DNA of 64,000 nucleotides from Carcharhinus longimanus (taxonomy: Eukaryota). A program made the translations under genes and the position numbers. Under the pieces are notes generated by a model. That model saw only the letters and a program-made list of their open reading frames with translations. It was not told the origin of the DNA and made no database searches. The DNA is taken from assembly GCA_030264375.1 (NCBI GenBank), contig JASCQW010000061.1:116209457-116273456 (forward strand), read 5' to 3'. Shown one piece after another: positions 1 through 13,615 of the stretch. Position 1 is the stretch's first letter, and each line of letters begins with the position of its first letter.

Positions 1-165
1 CTCTGGTTTCCTCCCACAGTCCAAAAGACATGCTGGTTAGGTGCATTGGCCATGCTAAATTCTCCCTTAGTGTACCCAAACAGGCACTGGAGTGTGGCGA
101 CGAGGGGATTTTCACCCGCTTCATTGCAGTGTTAATATAAGCCTACTTTGTGACACTAATAAATA
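1..165 (+). mobile_element. 3' part of a V-SINE/HE1-type tRNA-derived SINE (cattgcagtgttaat...aataaa tail variant)
   Basis: V-domain text ggtttcctcccacagtccaaaagacatgctggttagg...gccatgctaaatt, shared with many other copies in the window. Confidence 0.8.
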
Positions 166-184
166 AATATTTATGACCTCTACA

Positions 185-1150
185 GAGCACTGTTTCAAAA
201 TTTGCGGATGACACAAAATTTGGAAGCATAGTGAGTGGTGGGAAGATAGTGTAAAACTTGCAAGGGACGCGGACAAGTTGATGGAATGGATGGTCAAGTG
301 GCAGATGAAGTTCAATAGGGAGAAATGCGAAATGATTCATTTTAGTAGGAAGAACATAAAGAAACAATATTAAATGAAGCGTATATAAAGGGGGTGCAGG
401 AGCAGAGGGACTTGAGCATATATGTACCTATGTCATTAAAGTTGGCAGGATAAGTTAAGAAAGCTGTTCATAAAACGTATAATATTCTAGGCTTTATTAA
501 TACAGGCGTTGAACACAAGAGCAAGGAAATTATGTTGAACTTGTTTAAGACGCAATTTTATGCTCATCTGCGCCAAGTTTCTCCCAAGGAAGTTCTAAGT
601 GCAGAATTTGCGTAAAAACTGAAGCAGCACAGCGGGCTGGGAGAATCGCGCCCCTGCATTGTGGAATCCCATTCTCGGCACCACACATTAGGAAAATTGT
701 GAAAGCATTGGAGAGAGTGCAGAAAAGATTCATGAGAACGCTTCAAGGATGGAGAAACTCAATTATGAAGATAGCTTGGAAAAATTGGGATTGTTTTTCT
801 TGGAGAAGAGAAGGGTGAGAGGAAATTGGATAGAAATATTCAAAGTCATGCGGTGTCTGGAGTGGATAGGAGGAAACTGTTCCCACTCACTCAAAAGATC
901 GAGAATGAGAGGGCACAGATTTAAGGTAACTTGCAAAAGAAGCAGTGGTGACATGAGGAAAACCTTCTTCAGACACCGAGTGACTGTGATTTGGAGTGTG
1001 GTGGAATCATGTTCAATCGAGACATTAAAAAGGGAATTGGACTGTTATCTGAAAAGGAAAAATGGGCAGGGGGAATGGCACCAAGTAGCACATATACAAA
1101 AACCAAATAGCTTCCTTCTGCATTGTGACGATTATGTAATTCTATCCTTC
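185..1150 (+). mobile_element. Decayed CR1 LINE, 3' RT region and tail
   Basis: KFADDTKFG remnant at ~198; ORF 749..1201 LEKLGLFFLEKRRVRG...RMRGHRFK is a typical CR1 C-terminus. Confidence 0.88.
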
Positions 1151-1659
1151 TGCGAGATGAGGTTTGCCTTTCATCAAAATGGTGACATAGCAGAAAATTA
1201 AACTTTTGCTGTGCTATCCCTACAGTTCTTTAAACCACTGAAGTCGGCTGTTTGCATATTAACTCTCTGACCCATATGTCGCGTTACACTTGCATCTGAC
1301 TTGTACGGATACGTATTCATACCCCATTTCAGGATTTTAGTAAATAATATTTCAGTGCGGTACCACAGTACAGAATGATGCTGATCTTTAAATGTTGTCA
1401 CCTTTTGGAAATTGATCTGGATCTCTTCGTGAATGGGAATGGTTTAGATCTGTTTAGAATGATGTAAAGGATCTCATCCAGTAGTTCTCCAGGATAATGG
1501 TTACTGGTCGCCTTCTTAAATCACTACCCTGAAAAATAAAGTGACTAATCATCTCAATAGCTGTTTTAGTGGCTGTGTTTGCCTACGTATGGATATACTT
1601 CAAAAGTAATTCCCTGGCCATGATATACTTCCACTTTTGGTCCTAGCTTCACCGTTCTT

Positions 1660-1820
1660 GGTGAACTGCAGCTTGCTGTTTGTGGAACTTTGCTGTGTAC
1701 GACATTGGCAACTGTATCACCTACACCGTGATCACACATCAGTGTTTCAGTGGCTGAAAAGCATTCTGGAACATTCTGAACTCCTGAGAGGTGATACATA
1801 AATGCAAGCCTTTCTCTCCC
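1660..1820 (+). mobile_element. Deu/SacSINE-like SINE or L2 3' tail fragment
   Basis: gctgtttgtggaactttgctgtg...cctgagaggtgatacataaatgcaagcctttc; reverse-orientation relatives at ~23565-23870, 31600-31760 + 32460-32680 and 52060-52370. Confidence 0.6.
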
Positions 1821-2088
1821 ACAGTGAGCTGTCAACAGTCAAAACTTTCCTTTTTAGATGAAAAAAAGCCTTCTATTCCAAATCGTGCACGAAAAGAGAA
1901 AACTCATCCCGTGCTCACGCTTTTATAGGTTTTCCTTTTCCAACCGTGATGGCTTTCGGTTATAAGTGGGATTGTGTTTTCAGTGACAGATGTGGAGGGA
2001 GAAACGTTCGCTGCAGTGGTATTGGAGCTGTTGTTAAAATAGGACAAAGATGATCATTCTTTTCCATGTCTTTTTGCATCTCAAACAG

Positions 2089-2196
2089 ACTCGAATTGCA
2101 AAACGCAGCAGAAAGTTGGTCGATTATGACTGTGCGCGACATCATTTAGAATCTTTGCAGCATTCAAAGAGAAGGGACGATAGCAAGCTCACCAAG
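2089..2196 (+). CDS. AMPH: Amphiphysin exon (BAR domain; equivalent to human exon ~6): [36 protein letters not shown]
   Basis: Polypyrimidine tract + CAG at 2086-2088, GTATGG donor at 2197; 108 nt, phase 0-0; matches recalled amphiphysin segment [26 protein letters not shown]. Confidence 0.96.
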
Positions 2197-2354
2197 GTAT
2201 GGCATTAGAAAACGTTTAAGCTTATGATCTGAAATCATTCCTCTTGACAAAGTGAAATCAAGTACATTCTACACATTCACCATAAAACAAGTGAAAAATT
2301 TGAAGGTTGGATCATTTGTTGCACCAGAGTTTATGCATAAACAGCAACAAATGT

Positions 2355-3005
2355 TAGAACATAGAAAAATTACAGCACAAACAGGCCCTTTGGCCCACAA
2401 GTTGCGCCGACCATATCTCTACCTACTAGGTTTACCTATAACCCTCAATCCTATTAAGTCCCACGTACTCATCCAGAAGTCTCTTAAAAGACCCTATCGA
2501 ATTTGTCTCCACCACCACCGATGGCAGCCGATTCCACTCACCCACCACCCTCTGAGCGAAAAACTTACACCTGATATCTCCTCTGTACCTGCTCCCCATC
2601 ACCTTAAACCTGTGTCCTCTCGTAGCAACCATTTCAGCCCTGGGAAAGGGATTGTGACCTCTCCGGTTCTGGATTCCCCTGCCATTGGGAACATCCTTCC
2701 TGCACCTACTCTGTCTAGTCCTGTTAGATTTTTTTAGATTTACGAGATTGCTCCCTCATTCTTCTAAATTCAGCAAACATAATCCTAACTGACTCAATCT
2801 CTTTTCATACATGAGTATCACTATCCTGGGAATCAGNNNNNNNNNNNNNNNNNNNNNNNNNNNNNNNNNNNNNNNNNNNNNNNNNNNNNNNNNNNNNNNN
2901 NNNNNNNNNNNNNNNNNNNNNNNNNNNNNNNNNNNNACCTATCCTCATAAGGCATGCCACCCAATCTAGGCAACATCCTTGTAAATCTCCTCTGCACCCT
3001 TTCAA
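2355..3005 (-). mobile_element. CR1 LINE 3' fragments (with assembly gap)
   Basis: ORF 2432..2632 ATRGHRFKV...KFFAQRVVGEWNRLP; agaacatagaa is the reverse complement of the CR1 ttctatgttct tail. Confidence 0.88.
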
Positions 3006-3463
3006 TGAGGGTTAACGTTTGTTAAAATAAGATGGATTTCAATATAGCCATATGAGTGGTAATCCACTTTGGACTAATAAAGCATCGATCAAATCATGAG
3101 TTTCAGATTTGATTAAAGTACTACAGAAAAGCCTGAAGCCTAGCATTATTTGCATTGATGTTCAATCTTCTGATATAAACTTCACTGTCATCAGCAGCCA
3201 GCTTCAATTGTATAAGGGATAGTATTGTATGAGCATTGAATGGGGGTTAAATTGAAGAATAATAATCCCACAGCCAGCTTAACCATTGGAAATATAGGCC
3301 TGGAGAAACTAACAATTGCCCTGATTTCACCTACAGGTTGATGGAGAGACATCTTCCGATTGGCTATGTATCATCTGCTCAGCATTAAACAAAGATTGTG
3401 AGGCCTTTGTATTCACTGTTCCAACTGTCAAAAATAAAACACCAAATTCTTGTTATCTCTTAG

Positions 3464-3549
3464 GCAGAAGAGGAGTTTCAAAAGGCTCAGAAAGTGTTTG
3501 AGGAACTTAATACTGACCTACAGGATGAGTTGCCATCATTGTGGTCAAG
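3464..3549 (+). CDS. AMPH: Amphiphysin exon (BAR domain): [28 protein letters not shown]
   Basis: TAG acceptor 3461-3463, GTATTA donor 3550; 86 nt, phase 0-2; near-identical to recalled [31 protein letters not shown]. Confidence 0.97.
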
Positions 3550-3825
3550 GTATTAAACGCCGTTCTTTCTTATGTTAACTCTTGTTATATAAAAACATTT
3601 TATTTCTCTCGTTTTTTATATTTTTAATGAGAAATTCAAAGGCTTTAATCCAACCAAGATAGTTTTTCAGTCACTGCTTCAAGTAGTTTAGCATCTACAT
3701 CACATAGCTCTGTCCCCGTCAGTAATCAACATTATAGACCTGATTTTACCTGTGAGGGGCGGAGGGGAATAATTGATGTTAGAAAGACCTGGGATAATTT
3801 AACACGTGAGCCTCAGTTAGATTTT

Positions 3826-4100
3826 GGGGTGGCACAGTGCTTGCGGAGGCAGTGCAGCCTCACAGGGACCAGGGACCCGGGTTCGATTCCCGATTTGGGT
3901 CACTGCCTGGAGTCTGCATGTTCTCCCCATATCTGCATGGGTTTCCTCTGGGTGCTCCGCTTTCGTCCCACATTCTGAAAGATGTGCTGGTTGGGGTACA
4001 TTGACCTGAACAGGCGCCAGGGTGTGGTGACTAGGGAAATTTCACAGTAACTTCATTGCAGTGTTAATCTAAGTCTTACTTGTGACAATAATAAATAAAC
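3826..4100 (+). mobile_element. V-SINE/HE1-type SINE
   Basis: A-box-like tggcacagtg, B-box ggttcgattcc, V domain, aataaataaa tail. Confidence 0.85.
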
Positions 4101-4960
4101 TTTAAAAAACTTTAGATGCTGTCAGCTGAATTTACACTCGCTCCAAATGGAAAGTCAGTGGGAAGTGGCAAACATTTCTGTGGCTCAGAGGCTGACCACC
4201 AAGCAAGCAAATAGTTGAGATCAGCAGCCGAACTATCTTGTGGAGGCCCCGTGAAGAACAAAGATTCCCTTATGGAGGCTAGAGGAGTACTGCTGATTTC
4301 CAGCTCCAACATAGAAAGTAAATTTTAAAAAGTTAAAGCCACCCTTGGAAGCCTCGTCTGAAGCTGATCCACTTGATGCTGACACAGAGCCCACTGTCGC
4401 TTCCTGTGCTTGCCTCTGAATAACACTTGCAATCTGGTCCTGTGATGGATCAGCCTTGACAGACATATGTCAAAAAGGGTGTCCTTGCCATATATTCAGT
4501 GGAGTGTTTTCAAAAAGCGCAGGTCAGCTTCTGATGGCACCGTAGTGGGTAAGTGACCTGGGATATTTCAATTGCCGTTAGATCCAGCTTCCCTTGGACT
4601 GACACTGTTAATGTTTCCCCTTTGATGAACACACAGTGACACAACATATTGGGGCAAAAATATGTGTGGTGTAAAATTGGGAAGAAATATATTTCTTATG
4701 CATGCTTTCCCACAGTGTTACAGGTCTCAGCTGAACCATTTTGCAGAGATGCCAATTTCATGCTTGCCAATGTTAGACAAGAGGAATAGAGAAGGAGGTG
4801 GCACTCTCACTCTTGGCCATCTCCAAGTGGATGAACAGAACTAGTGAAATGGATAGATAGGTGGCAGATGTGTATGCAGAACTATGAGATCAATCATCCT
4901 GGGATGAAAATAAGATGGATAAAGCCACAAAAGACACGTTTTGAACTCTATACGTGGTAT

Positions 4961-7900
4961 TGTTTAGAGCTCAAAGACAGCAGTGCATCTGAGTGTTTTT
5001 CTCTTTATTGAACTGATGTAAAATGGCAGCATCCAAAGAGACTCCCTCATGGCTAGATAGCTACAGCAAACCAGATTGGACATGTTGTACTGTTGCATTT
5101 CAAAACCCAAATATCCCTCTTTTCATAACAAAGAAAGATGCAAATATCCCTCTTTTCTTAAGAGACAGAATACAAATTTGCTTGCACATTCATGAATATC
5201 TAAGCTGCCCAAGTTACCCACTATGCACACTGTTCTCATGCATTCACAGCCATTTGTTCTACCCCTGCATTGCATATGATCTTTACACTGCACAAGTCTC
5301 CTAATGGCATTATATGTGTTGTCATTGGTTGATTGTCTGGGTGATGTTCCTTGACTGGAGAATGCTGTTCCTGTGGCGCTTGTTGCCGTGGTAACTGTTG
5401 TTCCAATGCATTTGTTGGGGACATGTAGACCTTTGGGATTGATGGTAGTTCAGTATTCAGTACAGCAGATGAGATCCTTTGTGCCTGACCAGACAACTGT
5501 GGTGAAGAAACAGCTTCACTCATTGTGCATATATGCCTGTGGTTGTGCTGGTATGTTTGATTGTTCACTTCCACCATGTACAATTGAGGTGACAACATCT
5601 GTACACATGTCCCAATTTACCATGTGTGCAGATAATACAGTGACAGTGTTCTGTAAAACAGCTTGTAATCAAAGTGTCTTGATTTTTCATTGTCTATCAC
5701 CTCTAGGTGCTGCTCTGACATCTGCAGCAGGTGGAGCTTTTTGCCCTCTTACCGAGGCCTGGAAACCGCCAGTTTAATTTGACTATCCCCCCCGCCACTG
5801 TATTGATTGAGAATGAGGTTGAAGGGGTCACAGGTTGAGGGGATTNNNNNNNNNNNNNNNNNNNNNNNNNNNNNNNNNNNNNNNNNNNNNNNNNNNNNNN
5901 NNNNNNNNNNNNNNNNNNNNNNNNNNNNNNNNNNNNNNNNNNNNNNNNNNNNNNNNNNNNNNNNNNNNNNNNNNNNGGTGCCTTGTTCCTCTCTTGCATT
6001 TCCACGATATGAATTCACCCATGACAATGGCGTGCAGGTTGGCCTGCTTCTCTGGCATAAACTGGGCATTCTGCTGGACCTGAGTCTCCGTGGCATCTTC
6101 ACCTCCATGTGTTCAGTAGAGAACAGGCGGATTGACTCCCATGAATCGTATGCCACTTTGTTGAGAGCTTCCACCAGCTCTGCCTAATGTTGCCTTGCCT
6201 CCTGCTCACTCTCCAGCAAGGAAGGCCAATTCCAGAGGCTCATTATCTGTTTTGGACCTCACTGGTGCCTCCTTCTCAGCAGTCCTCCAAGAGCCAAGGC
6301 GCTTGGCTGAACCTGCCTCCACCAGCCGTGGACACAAATCCGTGCGGTAATCATCAGACTGTCAGACACTTCCTGAACAACCACTAATGCCTACTGAGGT
6401 GTGCACTTCTGAGCTGGTGGTAGGTACAAGTGACTGCTGTCATACCTGTACAGGTATGGAACTCTCCTCTTCTTAGAACATCTTTGGGCTGGGGCTGAGG
6501 CTTGACAGGGAGTCTTCCTTTCCTGCTTCTCCTCAGATCTTGGTCTCTGTTGATAAGAGGAGAGAGTGCAAATAACAGCATCAGCTGCCTCCAATATGGG
6601 GGCTCATTCAACCCTCATTTGCATTGAATGGATGAATCCTTACTAGGTGGATGGCCAAGGCCATCTTCCTGTGATCTCAGATGTCCTCTACGCTAATTCC
6701 ATCAGAGGTTTGAAAAATGGCTACCCCTCTACCCTAGCCCCCAGCTGCACCTTCAGACATTAACTGCTATTGTGGCAGAACTTCCACTCAAAGAAGAGAA
6801 CATATTTGAGTGGAGTTCAACATTGCATGGATTGGAGCATTGGAACTTGGTTCAATGATCATTTCTCCCCTTATACTCTAGTCCAGTTCTGTGAGGCAGA
6901 TCACCACTAGTGCGAGTTGGGCAGAAGGGTTGTGGACCATCTCCCTCCAGAGCACTGGGCACATTCCATTATGCAAGGAAAAGCCTCAGAGGTGATTTGC
7001 AGAGGTTGCAGGTCCCATCTGTGCCTACTCCGGTTTTCCTCCCCCTTTCTTTAATCCTCCCCCCAACCTTCTATACAGTGTTCCATGTCTCCTGAAGAGT
7101 GAAGGAGGCACAGTGGTCAATTCACTGGGTATACTTGAAACACTGAAGTGGGGCTATAAGGCAGCTCATGCCATTGCCACTTGGCCTTGGACCCTGACAT
7201 GTCAGAATCTTTGTGGTTTATGCATCCATCTGATGGGACTTACTCTGGCAGAGCGACTAATGTCATTCATCTTTCTCTGACACTAAATGGCCAATCTCTT
7301 GTACACCCCTGGGCACTGATGGCATCGGCCATATGCACCCAAGTAATGTTGGTTGCCCTCTTGACCTCCTACTTTCATCAAATGGGTAGAGCACATTCCT
7401 GCTCACCTACACATGTGCAGGGAAGTGTCACTCAATTTCTGAGCTGTGTTGGCAGGTAACCTTGCAGACGTCTATCTGTGGTCTGACATTGTGGATGTCC
7501 AGCGTCTTTTAAATATGGTGCCCTAGTACGATGACAGGACATGTACCATCAAGACCACGGGCGATGGCACCAAACTTCTGGACGCATGATATGTCAGGGC
7601 CAGAACATATGGTATGATTTCCCATCAGCCTTCACATCCCCACGCCGGGCATGGGGCTTGGTCCTGGATGGGAGAATGCCGCCCATTATTCCTGCTGGAT
7701 TGATGTTTTCCAGACCGTGTTGAACTGCTGCGTGCTTGTATGTCACGTCCAGACGGTATCTCCATAAATGTAGTAACATTTTTTTGCAGATGCTTTGGAG
7801 CAGATAGTGAAGTTTGCGAAAAATGCTTTGAAGTGTCTTGTGGTCGGACTCCACTGTTACTTTGCCTTTCCCTAGCAAGTATTGATGAAAATGCTCTCAA

Positions 7901-10507
7901 GCAGAAACAATAGCAAGGCGCTCTTTCACAATCTGAGCATAGCGTCATTCCATTTGCATTATTGCCCTGGATGAAAATGCGATTTGTTGTCCTTGCTGCA
8001 TTAAGGCTGTTCCCAGGCCTGTCTCATTGGCATCACACTGCAAGGTAATTTCATCATTGATATCACTGGCATCATTGACACTAGTTGTTTGATTTTAGTG
8101 AATGCGGCTTCTCCTGTTCCCAATACCACTGCACCTCTTTGGCAGTGAGCTTGCATAATGGTTTACACTCCACTGATAATTCAGGCAGAAACTTTGCGAA
8201 ATAGTTCACAAATCCAACAAATCGTTGCGCTGCTTTCACATCTGTTTGATTGCTCCTTCACTGCTACGGCTCTCAACTTGTCGGAATGCAGGTGAAGATA
8301 TTTTGCTGTCAGTACGTGACCTATGTTCTCAACTTTAGGCATCTTCAATTGCAAGTTTTTCTTGTTCAGCTTCTGATTCATCTGGTGATCTCCCTCTAGT
8401 TGTAATAAATTCTCACTGTGGCTTCTTCCATTGTCTCTCCACATCCATTGACTGGTAGATCATCCATTATGGCTTCCACTCAGGGGAGCTAACTGAATTT
8501 CTTATACTGTCTGCATTGATACTCTTCTAGAGTCATGGATTTGGCAAACAGCATGTGCAGCTATTTGTATCACCCAAACAGCATCCAGAATGTAGTTGCA
8601 AACCTGCTGCTTTCATCCAGCTTCACTTGCCAGTAACCAGCCTTTGCATCTTAGGGTGGTAAAGATTTTTGCTTTAGCATGTTGTGGCAAAATTCCTTTG
8701 ACTATTGGCATGTGATAGTGGGATCTTTTGCGTGCTTTATTTAGATCTTTTGGGTCTTAGCATCCTCACAGCTTTCCAGGTTGTTTCACTGCCACCATGC
8801 TGCTAATCCAGTCAGCAGGAATTGCCACTTTCTTGATTTCTCCCTTTTCTTTTCCAGCTCTTTGACCTTGTCTTCTAGGCTTGACTTGAGGGCAGCTGGA
8901 ACTCTTCCTAGCAGATGCTGAATTGGTCTTACACTCTCACCTACTTCTAGATTCTCCTGGTAGACAGCCCAACACTGTAAGCACATCTTTGTACTCCTCG
9001 AGGATCTGTTCAGCAGTCAATGATTTTGTTTGCTGCAACACATTGTATAAATTCAGGATAACTGGTCCAAGCTTTAAGCTTGCTCAAGCTGGGATGAGTG
9101 GCTGTTGCATTCCATCTAGAGTTCCATCTGGAACTCTCGATCTTCATTCTTGCCATTGCCCTCAGTCTAATTTATCCTCTCGGTAAAAGTATTGTGCCAG
9201 CATAAAGTCACAACACTACTTTCGAGGACTTCATCTTTGGATCACGATGTTGAGCCACTTTGCACAAGCCTATAAAGGTCATGATGTTGCATTACACACC
9301 AGTGTCTATCTGGCACTACCTATTCACATGATATTCTACTTCTGCGACCAGCATTGTAACAATCACAAACCATTTATCACCTATTGACTTGATGGAAGCA
9401 ACATGTTGTTTGGTGTGTAGGCTTCATCAGACTCTTCTGCTCATATCTCCAGTGGCCATCTGTTTAGATTTGATTTACTTACTTGTGGCCAAGCAATTGA
9501 GTGTGAAATTATTCACCTTCTTGCACTGCTTTCCCCAACTGGACAATCCTTCTTGTCCTTTGCACAATGTTTTCTGCAGTGTTTGTATTCCGCCCTTTAT
9601 CTACAATTGTTCTGTACTTCCGGCCTGGAATATTTCTTGGCATAATGTATCTCCTAATTTGTTCTGCCATGCATGTGCTCCAGATGATGTTTTACAACTT
9701 TTACATTTCTACACATATCTATCACTTTGAGTGTACATTTCTCCCCTTTCAGTAGACTTACACTCACTGAGGGCTTTTGTATGCCTAAGGCAATTTGATC
9801 TTTTAGTTGTCCCAGTTCACATGATTCTACAAGCTGTGTTACTGCAGTCACATACTGATGTCTGGGTTTTCTCCCCTTGACCGCTACAAAGCTTTCATAA
9901 CTTACATTCACTTGGAGTTTGAAATGTACATTCAAAGCTTTCAAATCTCTGCTGTCAATTGTTTTTCTATCGGTTAGATTTAGGATTTGTAGCAGTCCCT
10001 CCCTAGCAGTGTTAGAAAAATGGCTACTCATATCAGCTCAGGCTTGTTGCAAACATGTAGTCTTGCCATTGCAAGTGGAGAAGTGTTGCCTCTTATTTCT
10101 ACTGGAGCAGGGATGGGAGAGTATGCAGTCATGTTAACTCACCCGGGATTTTATTGCAACCTTCAGTATTTGCATGTTTTTTTATTGTCCTTTTTCGGCA
10201 GCTTTTAGCAGATTCCTGTTTGCCTATTTGAGCTGTGGCCTCTCTATCGCATTTCTCGGTTTTTGAAACTCTGTTTTATCTCCATTTCTGACACCATGTT
10301 CCGAGTTCAGACAATCGTGCTTCTTCATGTCTTTCTCAGTGTGAGGGCTGAACTGATCTAAAATGGCAGCTTCCAGAAAGCTTCCCACAGGCAGAGGTCA
10401 CATGACAACAGCAAACCAGATAGGATATGGAGTACCGTTGCATTTTAAAATCCAAACAAAGACTAATGGAACTATGTGCTACGTAATGGTTAGACCCAGT
10501 TAGAACA
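4961..10507 (-). mobile_element. Decayed Gypsy/Ty3 LTR retrotransposon with both LTRs and a nested insertion
   Basis: 5' LTR 10297-10507 (tgttc...gaaca termini); PBS TGGTGTCAGAA at 10286-10296 on the minus strand; gag-like ORF 9654..10031; RT/RNaseH remnants (GKVTVESDHKTL) at 7594-8444; 3' region NNQTYQHNHRH; PPT ~5147-5159; related LTR 4961-~5146. Confidence 0.85.
5730..7684. mobile_element. Nested non-Gypsy insert, probably a decayed DNA transposon (PIF/Harbinger-like?)
   Basis: Interrupts the Gypsy pol between RNaseH and the 3' integrase region; right end gggagaatgccgccc resembles the termini of other TIR elements in the window; no clear transposase motif. Confidence 0.35.
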
Positions 10508-11028
10508 TGATCCAAGACTTTCCCATCAGTGGGAATGAATGCCATGTGCATTGATGCTGACCATGAACATTTTTGCGACCTGACCCTTTTTGCGCTTCAG
10601 CAGCCAAAACCGCTGATCCTGGTTGTGGGGCCTCCAATACTGACTGCCTGGGTCCTATGGAGCTTCCTTCAACATCTCCTCCTCCATCTTGCCCCACCAC
10701 GCAGTCACGTCAGTGGTCACTGGACCTGACGGTACTGCTGGGACTATTTGATGAGGCAGGACTTGTCCTCAGAAGTATTGCTCTCAACCAACAGCCCTGA
10801 AGCTGTAAATGGCTCAGGACGAGCCTGCCAAATGGACATGGACTCACCCCTGACTTTTCTGCTGGGGTTAAATCCAGTCCTCAGTACACCTGTAAAGGCC
10901 TGTGTATGCATGCTAAAGACAATAGTTTGCCCCATATTAATAATCACATGAAATAGTGTTGTGTTTTTTAATGTGTTTTTGAAATAGGAGGATGAGCTTT
11001 GCTGATCATTTGTTTTCTTCCTTCGCAG

Positions 11029-11104
11029 CCGAGTTGGTTTCTATGTCAACACCTTCAGAAACATTACATGTATAGAGTCAAAATTTCACAAGGAGATTGC
11101 AGTG
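11029..11104 (+). CDS. AMPH: Amphiphysin exon (BAR domain): (S)RVGFYVNTFRNITCIESKFHKEIAV
   Basis: ttttcttccttcgCAG acceptor, GTGAGT donor 11105; 76 nt, phase 2-0, continues the frame of the previous exon. Confidence 0.97.
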
Positions 11105-13615
11105 GTGAGTGGACTTCGAGACACTGGGGATGGTACGGGCATTCAAAGAGCTTCTCAGATTGGCTTTTGTTAGTGTAACAGATTATTATTAGTTTGTTTA
11201 TTCAGCCTCCTCCACTCATACTGGATCCATTGGTGTCAATACAATTTTCCCATTATATGTAGAGGCTGGTGTGTCCAAGAAATGTTTTGAAATGTGAAAA
11301 GAATTTCCATTGTCTCTGTCTCCATTTTCTGCTCTATGTAAATGGCCCAGTGCCATTCTTCACACTGCAGGAATGGTTCAAAATGAGAGAGAGACACACA
11401 CACACAGCACAGTCTGACCAGTTTCACCTTCATGCTGTTAGCTGAATGGAGCTGAAGTTAGCAGCAGTTATAATCCCTTTTGTCTCAGCTTTCATTTGTC
11501 TCGTATGTTGATATCTGATTCCTGGCTTTTATTCCAATTCAGTCCCCCACACTCCATGGTCTACAGCTTAGATTTCAGCAGACTGTGTGAGAGAATGTGT
11601 CTGCCCATTGTTTGTAAGCAGCAATCGCAGCACTTCTGGAAGTTGCAGTATGGGGTGTACAGGGAGGAGATGATGAAAGGTTTGCAGTATTGTAAACTGA
11701 AGTCTGCCTGCAATGATCTAATGACACGTTTGTTAATGACACCTTGAAATGAGTGAGCAGTTGTTTGAACAATGTAAAATTGCTAGTGCATCTAATATAC
11801 CATACCGTGCCTTTTCATAATGAACAGTGGTTAGCACCATTTCCCCAGTATAGTTGGAGGTCCAGCATAAGCACTAATGATGTGAAATGCATAGAAGTTT
11901 GATTCATTAATCTCAAATTGTGTTCAACTGAAGGATGTTATTCAGTTGTATGGTACAGTGGCAACTTGCAGGATAAGTAAATCGTGTCTTAGTGATTTAA
12001 AGCCCTAACCAGTTGATTATAAACCTATAATGCAACTAAATAATTTATTGGGCGCAGATGTTACCAATCTGACTCATTCAACCTTAACCTACCCCAAGTA
12101 GTGTCACGGTAATTTTAGAAATGATTAAATTGTACCACAATTCACTGTCACTAGAGGGGGCTAGGGATAGCTTCTCCTTGGGTAAATTCTGCAATGGAAG
12201 TGTCAGTTGCAACTGGGGACATGCACAATGTCTTCAGGTAAGAAAAGAAACCACTTGTGGAGCATTCAGTGGTGGGCGAAGCAGAAACCGGATTGATAAA
12301 CCCAAGGTCATCCAAGGAAATAGTACTTGGCACACAGTTACTGCTGGGCTGGGACTTTGGAAGTGAATCTGACTAAGAATGAGACAAAGTTGAGGCTGGG
12401 AGGCTAATTGACTCCAATCGAGACCCCTGTTCCTCCTGACCTTGAAGGATGAGATGGATATTTTCCATCTACTTGCATATTTGTTGGCACATGCATCACA
12501 TACATCCACCTCTCTAAGCTAGTGGCCACATTGGATTGAATCTTCATCTGAATCCTTGACTAACTTCCAACAACTTGGACATCTGTAGGATGATGTAAAC
12601 TAAATTCTGGTGCATTTCTTTCCAGCTTGAATGGCTTGATTTGTCTGAATGTTATCAATATATTGCAAATTTAACTTCCCAAATGTTAAATTGCTTTTCT
12701 TTTATACCTTTATTTATTTTGTTAGTGTGCTCATTCCTTTTCTGCTGTTTTTGTACATGACATTTTACACAAAACCTTTGTTGTTGAGCTGTGGAACTTA
12801 GAACAATCTTTATTCCAAGAATAGCGGTCTTCACTAAAAACAATCTGCATTTGCTTTGTCGAGTTTTTTTTTAATTATATAAATTTCCAAATGAGGTGCT
12901 GAGCCAGTGTGGCCAGTAATGAGAACAGCTCAGGGATATTCCTTGATGAGCTTTCCACCTTTGCGTCCCAGTCAAAGATAGTGGGTGGGATCCCAATGGT
13001 ACTGGCACAATCAAAGGGCCAGCAGTTATAGGGCTGCCCCAACAAGAGAGGGAGGCTGGGTTTCAATATTGAGGGAAGTGCCCCTGTTTGGACTTGGAAC
13101 TGCCTGCAGCCTGTTCTTTGGGAGGTGAAGCCTCTGGCTGGGATGGCACCCTGGGCTGCTACAGGGAGGCTCCACCCGTTTAGCTCTACGTGGCAGGTTC
13201 TGTTCCACCCCTGGCAAAATGCCAGCAAGCATGAACAATAACCCCTAATAGGCAGCTTAAGTACTTCACCTGAGTACCCATTGCTCAGCAGCAGGCAGCT
13301 GAACCACATTCTTACACAGCCTGGAGAAACATATCTGGTGGCAGGGGAACAACTCCTCACTATATTCCCAGCTCCCCAACCTCCAAACTCATCATCTGGA
13401 CATCGAAAATTTAGCTCATTCAATCCTGTCATCACAGATCCATTATCATTGGACATCCTTCTTTTCAGCTTCTGCATTTGTCTTTTTTTTTGTACTTGTC
13501 TTTCACATCCTTTTTATAAGGCGGGCACTTGACTATCCTTAATTGTCTTGATCAACGCTACCGCAATACATGCCAAGTCAAAGATTAATTTATTAGCCTG
13601 GTAGAGAGAAACAAT

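Noticed and set aside
3826-3895. tRNA-like A/B-box sequences at SINE heads throughout the window
   Set aside because: They run on into the SINE V domain and LINE-derived tails and do not form complete cloverleaves; they are not tRNA genes.
12875-13477. 200-aa minus-strand ORF
   Set aside because: No recognisable protein features; overlaps GC-richer repeat-like sequence; likely chance.
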